Positions 1 to 12,285 of a stretch of DNA of 64,000 bases are shown here, in pieces. The number at the start of each line of letters is the position of its first letter. The first letter of the stretch is position 1. Below the pieces are notes generated by a model. That model was given only the letters and a program-made list of their open reading frames with translations, did not search any database and was not told the DNA's origin. This DNA is from the human T2T-CHM13v2.0 reference genome, Homo sapiens: positions 10,944,001 to 11,008,000 of the forward strand of contig CP086569.2 in the NCBI GenBank assembly GCA_009914755.4. Direction: 5' to 3'. Made by a program: the position numbers and the translations under genes.

Positions 1-271
1 CCATTCCACTCCACTGCATTCCACTGTATTCCACTCCACTCCCCTCCACTCAATTCCTTTGAATTAAACTCCATTCCATTGCATTCCATTACACTTCATT
101 CAACTTCATTCCACGCCACTCCATGCCACTACACTCCTTTCCAATCCTCTCCATTCCGTTGAACTCCACTCCATTCCAGTGCACTCCATTCCATTCCATT
201 CCATTCCATTCAACTCCATTCCATTCCATTCCATTCCATTCCATTCCATTCCATTCCATTCCATTCCATTA

Positions 272-332
272 TTTTGCCTGGATCTCACTCTGTCACCCAG
301 AATGGAGTACAGTGGCACAATCATAGCTCACG
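272..332 (-). mobile_element. Alu 3'-end fragment (degenerate, satellite-embedded)
   Basis: rc Alu 3'-end core GGATCTCACTCTGTCACCCAG..GGAGT.CAGTGGCACAATC.TAGCTCAC read in sequence; +/-5 bp. Confidence 0.8.
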
Positions 333-1194
333 TTTCTTTTCACCGTTCGATTCCAATTTTTGCATTCCAATCCATTCCATTCCATACCATTGCATTGCAT
401 TCCACTCCATTCCACTCCATTCCATTCCAATGCTCTCGGATCCCCTCAACTCAAACCCACCCCACTGCACTCCACTCCACGACGTTTGATCCATTCAATT
501 CCATTCTGTTCCATTCCCTTCCATTGCATTCCACTCCATTCTATTGCAATCCAATCCATTCCATTCCACTCTATTCCACTCCACTCCACTCCATTGCACT
601 CAACTCCACTTCACACCACTCCAGTCCACTCCATTGCATTCCTTTCCTTTCCATTCCTCTCCACTCTACTCCAATCCACTCCACCATATTCCATTCAATT
701 CCATTCCACTGCACTCCGATCATTTCGTCTCAACTCCACTCCACTCGACTCCATTCCGTTCCATTCCATTCCATTCTGTTCTCTTCCATTCTATTCCACT
801 CAATTCCATTCCACCCCCCTCCATTCCACTGCACTCCATTTCTGTCCATTCCTATCCACTTCAATCCACTCCACTTGTCTCAATTCCATTCCAATCCCTT
901 CCATTCCATTCCGTTACATTCCATTCCATTCTTTCCACGCCATTCCACTCCGTTCCACTCCACTCCATTCCACTCCATTGCACTCCACTCCATTCCACTC
1001 ATCTCCATTCCACTCCAATCCACTTCATTCCACTCCATTCCATTCCACTCCATTCCATTCCATTCCATTCCACTCCATTCTACTCCATTCCACTCCTTTC
1101 CACTCCATTCCACTCCTTTCCACTCCATTGTACTCCATTCCATTCCACTCCACTCCATTCCATTCCATTCCACTCCTTTCCGTTTCATTCCGTT

Positions 1195-1255
1195 ATTTTG
1201 ATTGGATATCTTTCTGTCACCCAGACTGGAGTGCAGTGGCACAGTCGTAGCTCAC
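1195..1255 (-). mobile_element. Alu 3'-end fragment
   Basis: rc Alu 3'-end core read in sequence; ends at CTCAC|ATTTC junction; +/-5 bp. Confidence 0.75.
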
Positions 1256-1785
1256 ATTTCTTTTCACCATTCGATTCCATTCCTATGCATTCGAATCCAT
1301 TCTATTCCATTCCATTCCGTTCCTTTCCATTAAATTATTTTCCATTCCTTTCCATTCCATTCCACGCCACTCCATTCCATTCCACTCCACTCCACTCCAT
1401 TTCCTTCCATTCCATTCCACGCCATTCTACTCCACTCCATTCCATTCGTTTCCTTTCCTTTGCATTGCATTCCACTGCACTCTGATGCACTCCACTAAAC
1501 TCCAGTCCACTCTCCTCCACTCCACTTCGCTCCATTCTATGCCATTCTGTTCCGTTTCGTTCAGTTGCATTCCATTCCAGTCCACTCAATTCCACTCCAC
1601 TCCATTTCACTCCATTGCATTCCATTCCACTGCATTCCATGCCTTTCCATTCTGCTCCATTCTACTCCATTCCACTGCACTCCATTCCACTGCACTCCAT
1701 GCCACTCCACTCCACTCCATTCCACTTCATTCCATAGCACTCCACTCCATTCCATTCCATTCTACTACATTCCATTCCATTCCTT

Positions 1786-1847
1786 TATTTTGATGGGATC
1801 TCACTCTGACAACGAGAACGGAATGCAGTGGCCCAATCTTAGCTCAC
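1786..1847 (-). mobile_element. Alu 3'-end fragment
   Basis: rc Alu 3'-end core read in sequence; +/-5 bp. Confidence 0.7.
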
Positions 1848-1910
1848 ATTTCATTAACCATTCCACTCCTCTTCACTCCATTCCATTCTACTCCATTCCA
1901 TTTCATTCCT

Positions 1911-1973
1911 TTATTTGGACGGAATCTCACTCTCTCACACAGACTGCAGTGTCGTGTCCCAATCTTAGCTCAC
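1911..1973 (-). mobile_element. Alu 3'-end fragment
   Basis: rc Alu 3'-end core read in sequence; +/-5 bp. Confidence 0.7.
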
Positions 1974-2525
1974 ATTTCATTAACCATAGCATTTCTTTCC
2001 ATTCCATTCCATTCCATTCCATTCCATTCCATTCCATTCCATTCCATTCCATTTCATTCCATTCCACTGCACTCCGATCCACTCTTCTGAACTCCACTAT
2101 ACTCCACTCTGCTCTAGATATTTCCATTCCGTTCCATTCCGTTGCGTTGCAGTCCATTCCACTCTACTTCATTACATTCCACTTCATTACACTCCATTCC
2201 TCTCCACTTCACTCCATTCCCCTCCTTTCCACTACATTCCGTTACATTCCATTCCATTCCACTCTATTACACTCCACTCTACTCCACTATTCTATACTCC
2301 ATCCCATTCCATCCCATTCAATTCCAATCCACTCCACTCCAGTATACTCAACTGCGTTCCCTCCCATCCCATTCCACGCCATTCGACTGAAATGCACAGC
2401 ACTCCACTCCACACAACTCCACTCAATTCCATTCCATTTCATTCCATTCCATTCTATTCCACTCCACTCCATTCCATTCCACTCCACTCCATTCCATTCC
2501 ATTCCTTTCCATTCCATTCCATTAC

Positions 2526-2587
2526 TTTCTGTCCAGAAAATCTCACTCTCACACTGGCTGTAGTGCAGTGTTGCACTTTCAGCTCAC
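2526..2587 (-). mobile_element. Alu 3'-end fragment
   Basis: rc Alu 3'-end core read in sequence; +/-5 bp. Confidence 0.7.
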
Positions 2588-2807
2588 ATTTCATTTCAGC
2601 ATTTCTTTCCACTCCTTTCCACTCCACTCCACTCCACTCCATTCCATCCCATTGCATTCCACTCCATTCCACTCCACTTCACTGCAGTCCACTCCACTCC
2701 ATTCCATTCCACTCCCTACCATTCCATTCCCCTCCAATGCACTCCACTCCAGTCAACTCATCTCCACTTCATTACAATCCATTCCACTCTATTACATTCC
2801 ATTCCTT

Positions 2808-2869
2808 TTTTTCAAAAGTATCTCACTCTGTCCCTCAGGCTGGAGTGCAGTGGCACAATTTCAACTCAC
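2808..2869 (-). mobile_element. Alu 3'-end fragment
   Basis: rc Alu 3'-end core read in sequence; +/-5 bp. Confidence 0.75.
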
Positions 2870-3140
2870 ATTTCATTTCACTATTCCATTGCATTTCCTT
2901 TCATTGCCTTCCATTTAATTGCAATCCACTCCACGCCATTCCATTCCATTCCACTCCACTCCATTTCATTCCATTCCACTCCATTCCACTAAACTCTACT
3001 CCACTTCATTCCATTCCATGCCGTCCCATTTCACTCCATTCCACTCCTCTCCACTCTGCTCCACTAAACTCCACTGTACTCCTCTCCAATCCATTCCTTT
3101 CCATTTCCTTCCATTCCATTTTATTACATTCCATCTGTTC

Positions 3141-3199
3141 CTTTCAACAGCATCTCACACTCAACCAGGCTGGAGTGTAATGACACAATCTCTGCTCAC
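3141..3199 (-). mobile_element. Alu 3'-end fragment
   Basis: rc Alu 3'-end core read in sequence; +/-5 bp. Confidence 0.7.
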
Positions 3200-3360
3200 A
3201 TTTCATTTTACCATTGCATTCCATTCCATTCCTTTCCATTCCATTCCATTCTACTCTACTGCACTCCACTTCACTCCACTCCAGTCCATTCCATTCCATT
3301 TCACTCCATTCCACTCCATTTAATTCCATTACATTACATTCCACTCCATTCCATTCCTTT

Positions 3361-3420
3361 CTTTCGAGAGGATCTCACTCTGTCACAAAGACTGCACTGC
3401 AGTGACCAATATCAGCTCGT
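3361..3420 (-). mobile_element. Alu 3'-end fragment
   Basis: rc Alu 3'-end core read in sequence; +/-5 bp. Confidence 0.7.
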
Positions 3421-3721
3421 ATTTCGTTTCACCATTCCACTCCATTCCATTCCATTCCATTCCATTCCATTCCATTCCATTCCATTCCATTCCATTCCAC
3501 TCCAATCCACTCCAATCTACTCCATTCCATTCCATCCAATTCCATGCCACTCCACTCCATTCCACTCCACTCCACTCCACTCCAGTCCACTCCATTCCAC
3601 TCCATCCCATTCCATTCCAATCCATTCCACTCCAGTCAACTCCACTCTGCTCCATTCTATCCCATTCCATTCCATTCCATTCCACTCACTTCCATTCCAT
3701 TCCACACCTTCCATTTGATTC

Positions 3722-3786
3722 CTTTCTTTTGAAAGGATCTCTTTCTCTCACCCAGGCTGGAGTGTAGTGGCACAATCTGAGCTCAG
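3722..3786 (-). mobile_element. Alu 3'-end fragment
   Basis: rc Alu 3'-end core read in sequence; +/-5 bp. Confidence 0.75.
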
Positions 3787-4038
3787 ATTACATTTCACCA
3801 TGCTATTCCATTGCATTCCATTGCACTCCATTCCATGGTATTCCGTTCCATTGCATTCCGTTGCATTCCATTACATTCCATACCATTCCATTGTATTCCA
3901 TTGCATTTCATTCCATTCCATTTCATTCCATTCCTTTCCACTCTTTTCCATTCCATTCCATTCCATTCAACTCCACTCCATTACACTCCTCTCCACTCCA
4001 CTCCAATCCATTCCATTCCACTCCCTTACATTCCATTC

Positions 4039-4105
4039 CTTTCTTTCGACAGAATCTCACTCCCTCACCCATGCTGGAGTGCAGTGGCACAATCTCATCT
4101 CACAT
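4039..4105 (-). mobile_element. Alu 3'-end fragment
   Basis: rc Alu 3'-end core read in sequence; +/-5 bp. Confidence 0.75.
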
Positions 4106-4448
4106 TTCATTTCACAGTTCTATTCCATTACATTCCGTTGCATTCCATTAATTGTATTGCATTCCATTCCATTTCATTCAATTCCATTCCACTACATTCC
4201 ATTCAACTCCAATACATTCCACTCCATTCCATTCCATTCCATTCCATTCCATTCCTTCCTATTCCTTTCCACTCTTGTCCACTCCGCTGCACTCCACTTG
4301 ACTCCGCTGCACTCCACTACTCTCCACTCCATTCCAATCCCCTCCATCCCATTGTATTCCACTTCATTCCCCTCCACTCCACTCTACTCCACTTCTGTCC
4401 ACTTGACTTCACTCCACTCCATTCCATTACACTCCATTGAATTCCATT

Positions 4449-4515
4449 CCTTTCTTTCACCAGGATCTCATTCTCTCACCCTGCTTGCAGTGCAGTGGAA
4501 CAATCTCAGATCGCA
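4449..4515 (-). mobile_element. Alu 3'-end fragment
   Basis: rc Alu 3'-end core read in sequence; +/-5 bp. Confidence 0.7.
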
Positions 4516-4651
4516 TTTCATTTCACCTTTCCATTCTATTCCATTCCATTCCACTTCATTCCATTCCATTCCACTCTGCTCCATTCCACTCCACTCCACT
4601 GCACTCCGTTCATTTCCATTCCAATCCGCTCCACTCCATTCCATTCCGTTC

Positions 4652-4718
4652 CTTTCTTTCGACAGGATCTCACTCTCTCACACAGGTTAAAGTGCAGTGG
4701 CAAAACTTAAGTTCATAT
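4652..4718 (-). mobile_element. Alu 3'-end fragment
   Basis: rc Alu 3'-end core read in sequence; +/-5 bp. Confidence 0.7.
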
Positions 4719-4847
4719 TTCATTTCACCATTCCATTCCATTCCACTCCACTCCACTCAATTCCCTTCCATTCCACTCCATTCCACTTCACTCCAGTCCA
4801 CTCCATTCAGTTACATTCCATTTCATCCCACTCCTATCCATTCCATT

Positions 4848-4913
4848 CCTTTCTTTCGACAGGATCTCATTCTGTCACCCAGCCTATAGAGCAGTGGCAC
4901 AATATCAGCTCAC
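4848..4913 (-). mobile_element. Alu 3'-end fragment
   Basis: rc Alu 3'-end core read in sequence; +/-5 bp. Confidence 0.75.
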
Positions 4914-5204
4914 ATTTAATTTCATCATTCCCTTACATTGCATTCCATTCAATTCCATACTATTCCATACCATTCCATTCCAATCTGCTGCATTTCATTC
5001 CATTCCATTCCACTTCACTCTACTCCACTACTCTACACTCCATCCCATTCCATCCCATTCAATTCCACTCCACTCCACTCTATTGCATTCCCTCTCATCC
5101 CATTCCAAGCCATTCCACTCAAATCCACACTACTCCACTCCACTCTACTCCACTCCATTCCATTCCATTCCATTCCATTGCATTCCATTCCATTCCATTC
5201 CATT

Positions 5205-5270
5205 ACTTTCTGTCGAGAAAATCTCACTCTGTCACACTGGCTGTAGTGCAGTGTTGCACTTTCAGCTCAC
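5205..5270 (-). mobile_element. Alu 3'-end fragment
   Basis: rc Alu 3'-end core read in sequence; paralog of 2526 and 56356; +/-5 bp. Confidence 0.7.
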
Positions 5271-5854
5271 ATTTCATTTCACCTTTCCTTTCTATTCCAT
5301 TCCACTCCACTCCACTCCACTCCACTCCATTCTATGCCATTGCATTCCACTGCATTCCACTCCACTTCACTGCACTCCACTCTACTCCATTCCATTTCAC
5401 TCCCTACCATTCCATTCCCCTCCACTCCACTCCACTCCAGTCAACTCCTCTCCACTCCCTTCCATTCCATTCCATTCCATTCCATTCCATTCCATTCCAT
5501 TCCATTCCACTCAACTGCACTGAATTCCACTCCACTCCACTCCCTTCCATTCCATTCCATTCCATTCCATTCATTCCATTCCACAACATTCCAGTCCATT
5601 CCATTCCATTCCACTCCATTCCATTCCATTCCATTCCACTCCATCCCATTCCATTCAACTCTTTTCCACACGACTCCACTCCACTCCAATCCATTCCACA
5701 ACACTCCACTCCAATCCACTCCATTCCATTCCTTTCCATTTGATCCCATTCCATCCCACTCTGTTCCACTCCACTCTACTCCATTCCATTCCATTCCATT
5801 CCATTCCATTCCATTCCATTCCATTCCATTCCATTCCACTCCATTCCATTCAAT

Positions 5855-5920
5855 TCTTTCCTTGGACAGGATCTCACTCTGTCACACAGGCTGGATTGCA
5901 GTTGCACAATCTCAGCTTAC
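5855..5920 (-). mobile_element. Alu 3'-end fragment
   Basis: rc Alu 3'-end core read in sequence; +/-5 bp. Confidence 0.75.
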
Positions 5921-6117
5921 ATTTCATTTCACCATTACATTCCTTTCCACTTTATTCCACTCCACTCCACTCACGTTCACTTCACTCATTTCCATTCCTT
6001 TCCACTGCACTCCACTCCACTCTTCTACCCTGCATTCCATGCCCTTCCATTCCACTCCACTCCACTCCATTCCATTCCATTCCATTCCATTCCAATACAC
6101 TCCAGTACATCACACAC

Positions 6118-6185
6118 TTTTCATTCGACAATATCTCACTTTGTCCCCCGGGCTGGAATGGAGTGGCACAATCACAGCTCACCTT
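6118..6185 (-). mobile_element. Alu 3'-end fragment
   Basis: rc Alu 3'-end core read in sequence; +/-5 bp. Confidence 0.7.
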
Positions 6186-6461
6186 ACATTTAACCATTCC
6201 ATTCCATTCCATTACATTTCAGTGCATAACATTGTATTCCATTAGGTAACATTCCGTTCAGTTCTCTTCCACGCCACTCCATTCCACTCCACTCCACTCC
6301 AGTCCACTCCAATCAACTTCATTCCATTCCATTCCATCCCATTTCACTCCATTCAAAACCACTCCACTCCACTCCATTCCACTCCATTCCTTTCCTTTCC
6401 AGTCCATTCCATTCCATTCCATTCCATTCCATTCCATTAAACTCCTTTCTATTCCATTGCC

Positions 6462-6525
6462 TACTTTCGACAGAGTCTCACTCTTTGACACAGGCTTGAT
6501 TTCAGTAGCAGAATCTTACCTCACA
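6462..6525 (-). mobile_element. Alu 3'-end fragment (more degenerate)
   Basis: rc Alu 3'-end core partly recognisable; +/-5 bp. Confidence 0.55.
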
Positions 6526-6641
6526 TTTCATTTCACCATACCATTCCACTGCATTCCCCTCCACTTCACTCCAGTCCACTCCACTCCACACCATTCCACG
6601 CCATTCCACTCCATATCATTCCACTCCATTTCATTCCATTC

Positions 6642-6706
6642 CTTTGTTTCAACAGGATCTCACTCTGTCACCCGGGCTGGAGTGCAGAGTCCCAATCTCA
6701 ACTCAC
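6642..6706 (-). mobile_element. Alu 3'-end fragment
   Basis: rc Alu 3'-end core read in sequence; +/-5 bp. Confidence 0.75.
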
Positions 6707-7031
6707 TTTTCATTAAACTGTTCCATTCCATTCTATTGCTTTCCATTCTATTCCAGTTCATTCCATTCCTTTTCATTGAATTCCATTCCATTTCATTCTA
6801 TTAAATTCCATTCCACTCCACTCCACTCCGTTGCATTCCATTCCACTCAACTACACTCCACTCCACTCCAATCCACTCCATTCCATTCCATCCCCTTCCA
6901 CTCCACTCCACTCCATTCCTCCCAATCCCATTCCATTCCACTCTCTTCCAGTCCACTCCACTCCACTCCACTCCACTACAATCCATTCCATTCCATTACA
7001 CTCCATTCCTCTCTTTGCCATTCCACTCTGT

Positions 7032-7095
7032 TCTTTCGACAGGATCTCACTTTATCACCAAGGCTGGAGTAACGTGGCATAATCTCAGCTCGCAT
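7032..7095 (-). mobile_element. Alu 3'-end fragment
   Basis: rc Alu 3'-end core read in sequence; +/-5 bp. Confidence 0.7.
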
Positions 7096-7285
7096 TTCAT
7101 TTCAACATTCCATTGCATTCCATTACAATGCATTCCACTCCATTCCATTTCATTCCATTCCATTCCACTCCACTCCACTCCACTCTGCCTCATTCCATTC
7201 CATTCCATTTCACTCCATTCCACGCCAATCTACTCCACTCCCCTCCACTCCATTGTATTCCATTCCACTCCCTTCCATGCCATTC

Positions 7286-7350
7286 CTTTCTTTCAACAGG
7301 ATCTCACTCTGTCACCCAGGATGGAGTGCAGTGGCAAAACCTCAGCTCAC
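7286..7350 (-). mobile_element. Alu 3'-end fragment
   Basis: rc Alu 3'-end core read in sequence; +/-5 bp. Confidence 0.8.
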
Positions 7351-8058
7351 ATTTCGTTTCACCATTCCTTTCCATTCCATTTAATTCCATTCCATTACCC
7401 TCCACTCCATTCCAGTCCACTCCACTCTGCCCAATTACACTCCAGTCCACTCCACTCCAATCTAGTACAATCCACTCTATTCCACTCAATCCCTTTCCAT
7501 TCCATGGAATTCCAATCCACTCCACTCCACTCCTCTCCATTGCATTCCATCATATTCTATTCCACTCCATTGCAGTCCACTCCACTCCACTCCTCTCCAT
7601 TCCATTCCATTCCATTCCATTCCATTCCTTTCCATTCCATTTTGCTCCATTCTCTTACATTACATTCCATTTATTCCCAATACATTGCACTGCACTCCTC
7701 TCCACTCCACTCCATGTCATTCCATTCCATTACATTCCAGTCCATTCCACTCCATTCCACTACACTCCAATCCAATTTGTTCCATTACATCCCGTTTCAT
7801 TTCACTCCATTCCACTCCTCTCCACTCTACTCCATTCCACTCCTCTCCACGCTATTCCACTCGATTCCATTTCATTCTTTTCCATTCCATTCAATTCCAT
7901 TCCACTCCAATCCACTGCACTCCAATCCATTCCATTCCACTCCATCCCATTTAATTCCACTCCATTCCACTCCAGTCCACTCCATTCCGTGCCATTCTAT
8001 CCAATTCCGTTCTATTTTGTTCCATTCCATTCAATTCTAGTCCATTACTTTGAATTCT

Positions 8059-8122
8059 TTTCTTTTGAAATGATTTCACTCATTCACACAGGCTGGAGTG
8101 CAGTGGGAATATATGAGCTCAC
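8059..8122 (-). mobile_element. Alu 3'-end fragment (HOR module A variant)
   Basis: variant GAAATGATTTCACTCATTCACACAGGCTGGAGTGCAGTGGGAATATATGAGCTCAC; +/-5 bp. Confidence 0.7.
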
Positions 8123-8334
8123 ACTTCATTTCACCATTCCATTGCACTCCATTCCACTCCACTCCACTCCACCCCACTCCACTCCATTAAATCCCAATCC
8201 ATTCCATTCCACTCCATCCCATTTGATTCCACACCACTACACTCCACTACACTACACTCCCTGCCATTCCATCCCATTTCTCTCCATTCCATTCCATTCC
8301 ATTAGATTCCATTCCACTCCATTGCATTCCATTC

Positions 8335-8399
8335 CTTTATTTCGACAGTATCTCACTCTGTCACACAGGCAGGAGTGCAGTGGCACAATATCAGCTCAC
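8335..8399 (-). mobile_element. Alu 3'-end fragment (module C)
   Basis: rc Alu 3'-end core read in sequence; +/-5 bp. Confidence 0.75.
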
Positions 8400-8525
8400 A
8401 TTTCATTTCACCGTTTCATTTCACTCCATTCCACTCCATTCCACCACACCACAGCACCCTCCACTCCACTCCACTCCATTAAATCCCAATCCATTCCATT
8501 CCACTCCATTCCATTCCATTCTTTG

Positions 8526-8590
8526 TTTTCTTTCGACAGGATCTCACTCTGTCACGCAGGGTGGAGTGCAGTGGCACAATCTCAGCTGAC
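8526..8590 (-). mobile_element. Alu 3'-end fragment (module D)
   Basis: rc Alu 3'-end core read in sequence; +/-5 bp. Confidence 0.75.
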
Positions 8591-8701
8591 ATTTCATTTC
8601 AATATTCCATCTCATTCCATTCCATTTCACTCTACTCCACTCCACTCCACTCTATTTCATTCCGTTACATTCCACTCCACTCCTTTCCATAAGTTTCCTT
8701 T

Positions 8702-8762
8702 CTTTTGACAGGATCTCACTCTATCAAACAGGCTGGAGTGTAGTGGCACAATTTCACCTCAA
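8702..8762 (-). mobile_element. Alu 3'-end fragment (module E)
   Basis: rc Alu 3'-end core read in sequence; +/-5 bp. Confidence 0.7.
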
Positions 8763-9240
8763 ATTTCACTTCACCCTTCCGTTCCGTTGCATTCCATTCC
8801 ATTCTATTCCATTCCATTCAATTCCTTTCCATTCCATTCCATTATACTCCATTCCACTCATCTCCACTCCATTGCTTTCCATTCCACTCCACTTCACTCC
8901 ACTCCTTTCAACTCCACTACATTACATCCCATTCTGTCCTACTCCATTCCACTCCACTCCACTCCAATCTACTCAATTCCATTTCCTTACATCACATTCC
9001 ATTCCATTCAATTCCATTCCACTCCACTCCAATCCACTCAACTGAACTTTCTATTCCATTCCATTCAATTCCATTCTATTCCACTCCACTCAATCCAATT
9101 CACTCCATTCCATTCCATTCCATTTCATTCCACTCCACTCCACACCACTCCACTCCACTCCATTCCATGCCATTCCATCCAATTCCATTCTATTCCGTTC
9201 AATTCCAATCCATTCCTGTCCATTCCATTCATTTCGTTTC

Positions 9241-9300
9241 TTTTTAAATGATCTCCCTCAGTCACACAGGCTGGAGTTCGGTGGGAAAATCTGAGCTTCA
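9241..9300 (-). mobile_element. Alu 3'-end fragment (module A)
   Basis: rc Alu 3'-end core, A-variant; +/-5 bp. Confidence 0.65.
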
Positions 9301-9423
9301 TTTCATTTCACCATTCCATTGCACTCCATTCTACTCCATTCCACTCCACCCCACTCCACTCCATTCCATTCCATTCCATCCCAATCCATTACATTCCACT
9401 CCATTTCATTCCTTTCTTTTCTT

Positions 9424-9482
9424 TCATAAGGATATCAGTTTTTCACGCAGGGTGAAGTGGAGTGGCACAATCTCAGTTCACA
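9424..9482 (-). mobile_element. Alu 3'-end fragment (module B)
   Basis: rc Alu 3'-end core read in sequence; +/-5 bp. Confidence 0.7.
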
Positions 9483-9542
9483 TTTTATTTCAACTTTCCA
9501 CTCTGTAGCATTCCATTGCAGTCCGTTTCTTTCCATTCCTTT

Positions 9543-9603
9543 ATTTTACAGGATCTCACTCTGTCACTCCGGGTGGAGTGCAGTCGCATAATCTCAGCTC
9601 ACA
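9543..9603 (-). mobile_element. Alu 3'-end fragment (module B')
   Basis: rc Alu 3'-end core read in sequence; +/-5 bp. Confidence 0.75.
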
Positions 9604-9920
9604 TTACATTTCAGCATTGCATTCCATTCCATTCCACTCCATTCCATTCCATTCGTTTCCATTCAGTTCCGCTCTACTCCACTCCACTGCATTTCATTTC
9701 ATACCATTCCATTCCACTCCACTTCACTCTAATCCACTCAATTCCATTCCATCCCATGACATTCCTCTCCACTAAACTCCACTCCATTCCATTCCCCTCC
9801 ATCCCGTTTCATTCCACACAACTACACTCCACTACACTCCATTTCCTGCCATTCCACCCCATTTCATTCCACTCCAATCCATTCCATTTGATTCCATTCC
9901 ACTCCATTGCATTACATTCC

Positions 9921-9987
9921 TTTTTTTTTCCGACAGTATCTCACTCGGTCACACAGGCTGTTGTGCAGTGGCACAATCTCAGCTCAC
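9921..9987 (-). mobile_element. Alu 3'-end fragment (module C)
   Basis: rc Alu 3'-end core read in sequence; +/-5 bp. Confidence 0.75.
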
Positions 9988-10120
9988 AATTCATTTCACC
10001 ATTTCATTTCACTCCATACCACTCTACTACACTGCACCACAATCCACTCCACTCCACTCCACTCCTTCCACTCCATTTAATCCAAATCCATTCCATTCCA
10101 CTCCATTCCATTCCATTCCT

Positions 10121-10187
10121 TTGCTTTCTTTCAATAGGATCTCACTCTGTCACACAGGGTGGAGTGTAGTGGCATAATCTCAGCTCA
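10121..10187 (-). mobile_element. Alu 3'-end fragment (module D)
   Basis: rc Alu 3'-end core read in sequence; +/-5 bp. Confidence 0.75.
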
Positions 10188-10327
10188 CATTTCATTTCAA
10201 TATTCCATCCCATTCCATTCCATTCCACTGCACTCCACTCCAATCCACTCCACTCAATTCCATTCCATTTCATTCCATTCCGTTCTATCCATTCCATTCC
10301 ATACCACTCCATTCCATTCCTTTCCTT

Positions 10328-10390
10328 TCTTTTGACAGGATCTCACTCCATCAAACAGGCTGGAGTGTAGTGGCACAATCTCACCTCAAA
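10328..10390 (-). mobile_element. Alu 3'-end fragment (module E)
   Basis: rc Alu 3'-end core read in sequence; +/-5 bp. Confidence 0.7.
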
Positions 10391-10469
10391 TTTCACTCCA
10401 CCATTCCATTCCATTCCATTCCATTCCATTCCATTCCATTCCATTCCATTCCACTCCTTTCCATTCCTT

Positions 10470-10532
10470 TCCTTTCTTTTGACAGGATCTCACTCCATCA
10501 AACAGGCTGGAGTGTAGTGGCACAATCTCACC
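10470..10532 (-). mobile_element. Alu 3'-end fragment (module E, local duplicate)
   Basis: near-identical to 10328-10390; +/-5 bp. Confidence 0.7.
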
Positions 10533-11037
10533 TCAAATTTCACTCTAGCAGTCCATTCCATTCCATTCCATTCCACTCCATTTCATTCCATTCCATACTA
10601 TTCCATTCCATTCTACTCAACTTCAATCAAATCCACTGCATTGCACTCCACTTCACTCCAATCCTCTCCACTCCTCTACATTACTTCCCATTTTATCCCA
10701 CTCCATTCCACACCACTCCACTCCAATCTACTCAATTCCATTCCATTACATCACATTCCATTCCATTCCATTCCATTCCAATCCACTCCAATCCACTCAA
10801 CTGCAATCCTCTATATTGCATTCCATTCCCTTCCATTCCATTACATCACATTCCATTCCATTCTATTCCATTCCACTCCACTCCACTCCACTCCACTCCA
10901 CTCCAATTCACTCCATTCCATTCCATCCCCTTTCATTCCACTCCACTCCACTCCACTCCATTACATGTCATTCCATCCGATTACATTCTCTTCCATTCCA
11001 TTCCAATCCATTCCAGTCCATTTCATTCAATTCGTTT

Positions 11038-11098
11038 CTTTTGAAACGATCTTACTCAGTCACACATGGTGGAGTTCAGTGGGAATATCTGAGCTCAC
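11038..11098 (-). mobile_element. Alu 3'-end fragment (module A)
   Basis: rc Alu 3'-end core, A-variant; +/-5 bp. Confidence 0.65.
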
Positions 11099-11223
11099 AC
11101 TTCATTTCACCACTCCATTGCACTCCATTCCACTCCATTCCACTCCCCTCCACTCCACCCCACTCAACTCTATTCCACTCCATTCAATCCCAATCCATTC
11201 CATTCCTCTCCATTCAATTCCTT

Positions 11224-11290
11224 TCCTTTCTTTCGTCAGGATATCACTCTTTGACGCAGGGTGGAGTGCAGTGACACAATCTCAGTTCAC
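11224..11290 (-). mobile_element. Alu 3'-end fragment (module B)
   Basis: rc Alu 3'-end core read in sequence; +/-5 bp. Confidence 0.7.
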
Positions 11291-11348
11291 ATTTCCTTTT
11301 AACTTTCCACTCCATAGCATTCCATTGCAGTCCATTTCTTTCCGTTCC

Positions 11349-11411
11349 TTTCTTTCAGAAGATCTCACTCTGTCACTCAGGTTGGAGTGCAGTCGCATAA
11401 TCTCAGCTCAC
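11349..11411 (-). mobile_element. Alu 3'-end fragment (module B')
   Basis: rc Alu 3'-end core read in sequence; +/-5 bp. Confidence 0.75.
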
Positions 11412-11809
11412 ATTACATTTCAGGATTGTGTTCCATTCCATTCCACTTTATTCCACTCCATTCGATAACATTCCATTCCACTCTACTCCACTCCACTGCA
11501 CTCCATTTCATACCATTCCATTCCTCTCCACTCCACTCTAATCCACTCAATTCGATTCCATCCCATTCCATTCCACTCCACTCCACTCCACTACATTCCA
11601 TTCCACTCCATCCAATTTCATTCCACCCCACTACACTTCACTACACTCCATTCCCTGCCATTCCATCCCATCCCATTCCATTCCATTCCATTCCATTCCA
11701 TTCCATTCCATTCCACTCCATGCCATTTGATTCCATTCCACTCCATTGCATTCCATTCCATTACACTCCATGCCATTTGATTCCATTCCACTCCATTGCA
11801 TTCCATTCC

Positions 11810-11870
11810 TTTTCTTCAACAGCATCTCACTTACACAGGCTGGAGTGCAGTGACACAATCTCAGCTCACA
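11810..11870 (-). mobile_element. Alu 3'-end fragment (module C)
   Basis: rc Alu 3'-end core read in sequence; +/-5 bp. Confidence 0.7.
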
Positions 11871-12017
11871 TTTCATTTATCCATTTCATTTCACTCCATA
11901 CCACTCCACTCAACTACACCACACTCCACTCCACTCCACTCCACTCCACTCCAGTCCACTCCACTCCTCTCCATTAAATCCCAATCCATTGCATCCTACT
12001 CCATTCCATTCCATTCC

Positions 12018-12085
12018 TTTGCTTTCTTTCGATAGGATCTCACTTTGTCACACAGGGTGGAGTGCAGTGGCACAATCTCAGCTCA
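12018..12085 (-). mobile_element. Alu 3'-end fragment (module D)
   Basis: rc Alu 3'-end core read in sequence; +/-5 bp. Confidence 0.75.
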
Positions 12086-12219
12086 CATTTCATTTAAATA
12101 TTCCATCCCATTCCATTCCACTCCACTCCACTCAATTCCATTCCACTCCATTCCATTCTATTCCATTCCATTCTATTCCAGACTATTCCATTCCATTCGA
12201 CTCCTTTCCATTCCTTTCC

Positions 12220-12285
12220 TTTCTTTCGACAGGATCTCTTTCTATCAAACAGGCTGGAGTGTAGTGGCACTATCTCAGCTCAAAT
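12220..12285 (-). mobile_element. Alu 3'-end fragment (module E)
   Basis: rc Alu 3'-end core read in sequence; +/-5 bp. Confidence 0.7.

Larger units (their letters stand above)
1..2300. repeat. Duplicated satellite block, copy 1 (paralog of ~19650-22110)
   Basis: Base-by-base comparison: 274-345 vs 20003-20075, 1485-1570 vs 21330-21415, 1786-2260 vs 21628-22070 nearly identical; offset 19.73-19.85 kb. Confidence 0.85.
8059..9240. repeat. ~1.8-kb HOR family, truncated unit (modules A,C,D,E; B absent)
   Basis: Alu-fragment variants A (8059), C (8335), D (8526), E (8702) in same order as full units. Confidence 0.7.
9241..11037. repeat. ~1.8-kb HOR family, full unit (modules A,B,B',C,D,E,E)
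   Basis: A 9241, B 9424/9543, C 9921, D 10121, E 10328/10470; A-to-A = 1797 bp. Confidence 0.8.
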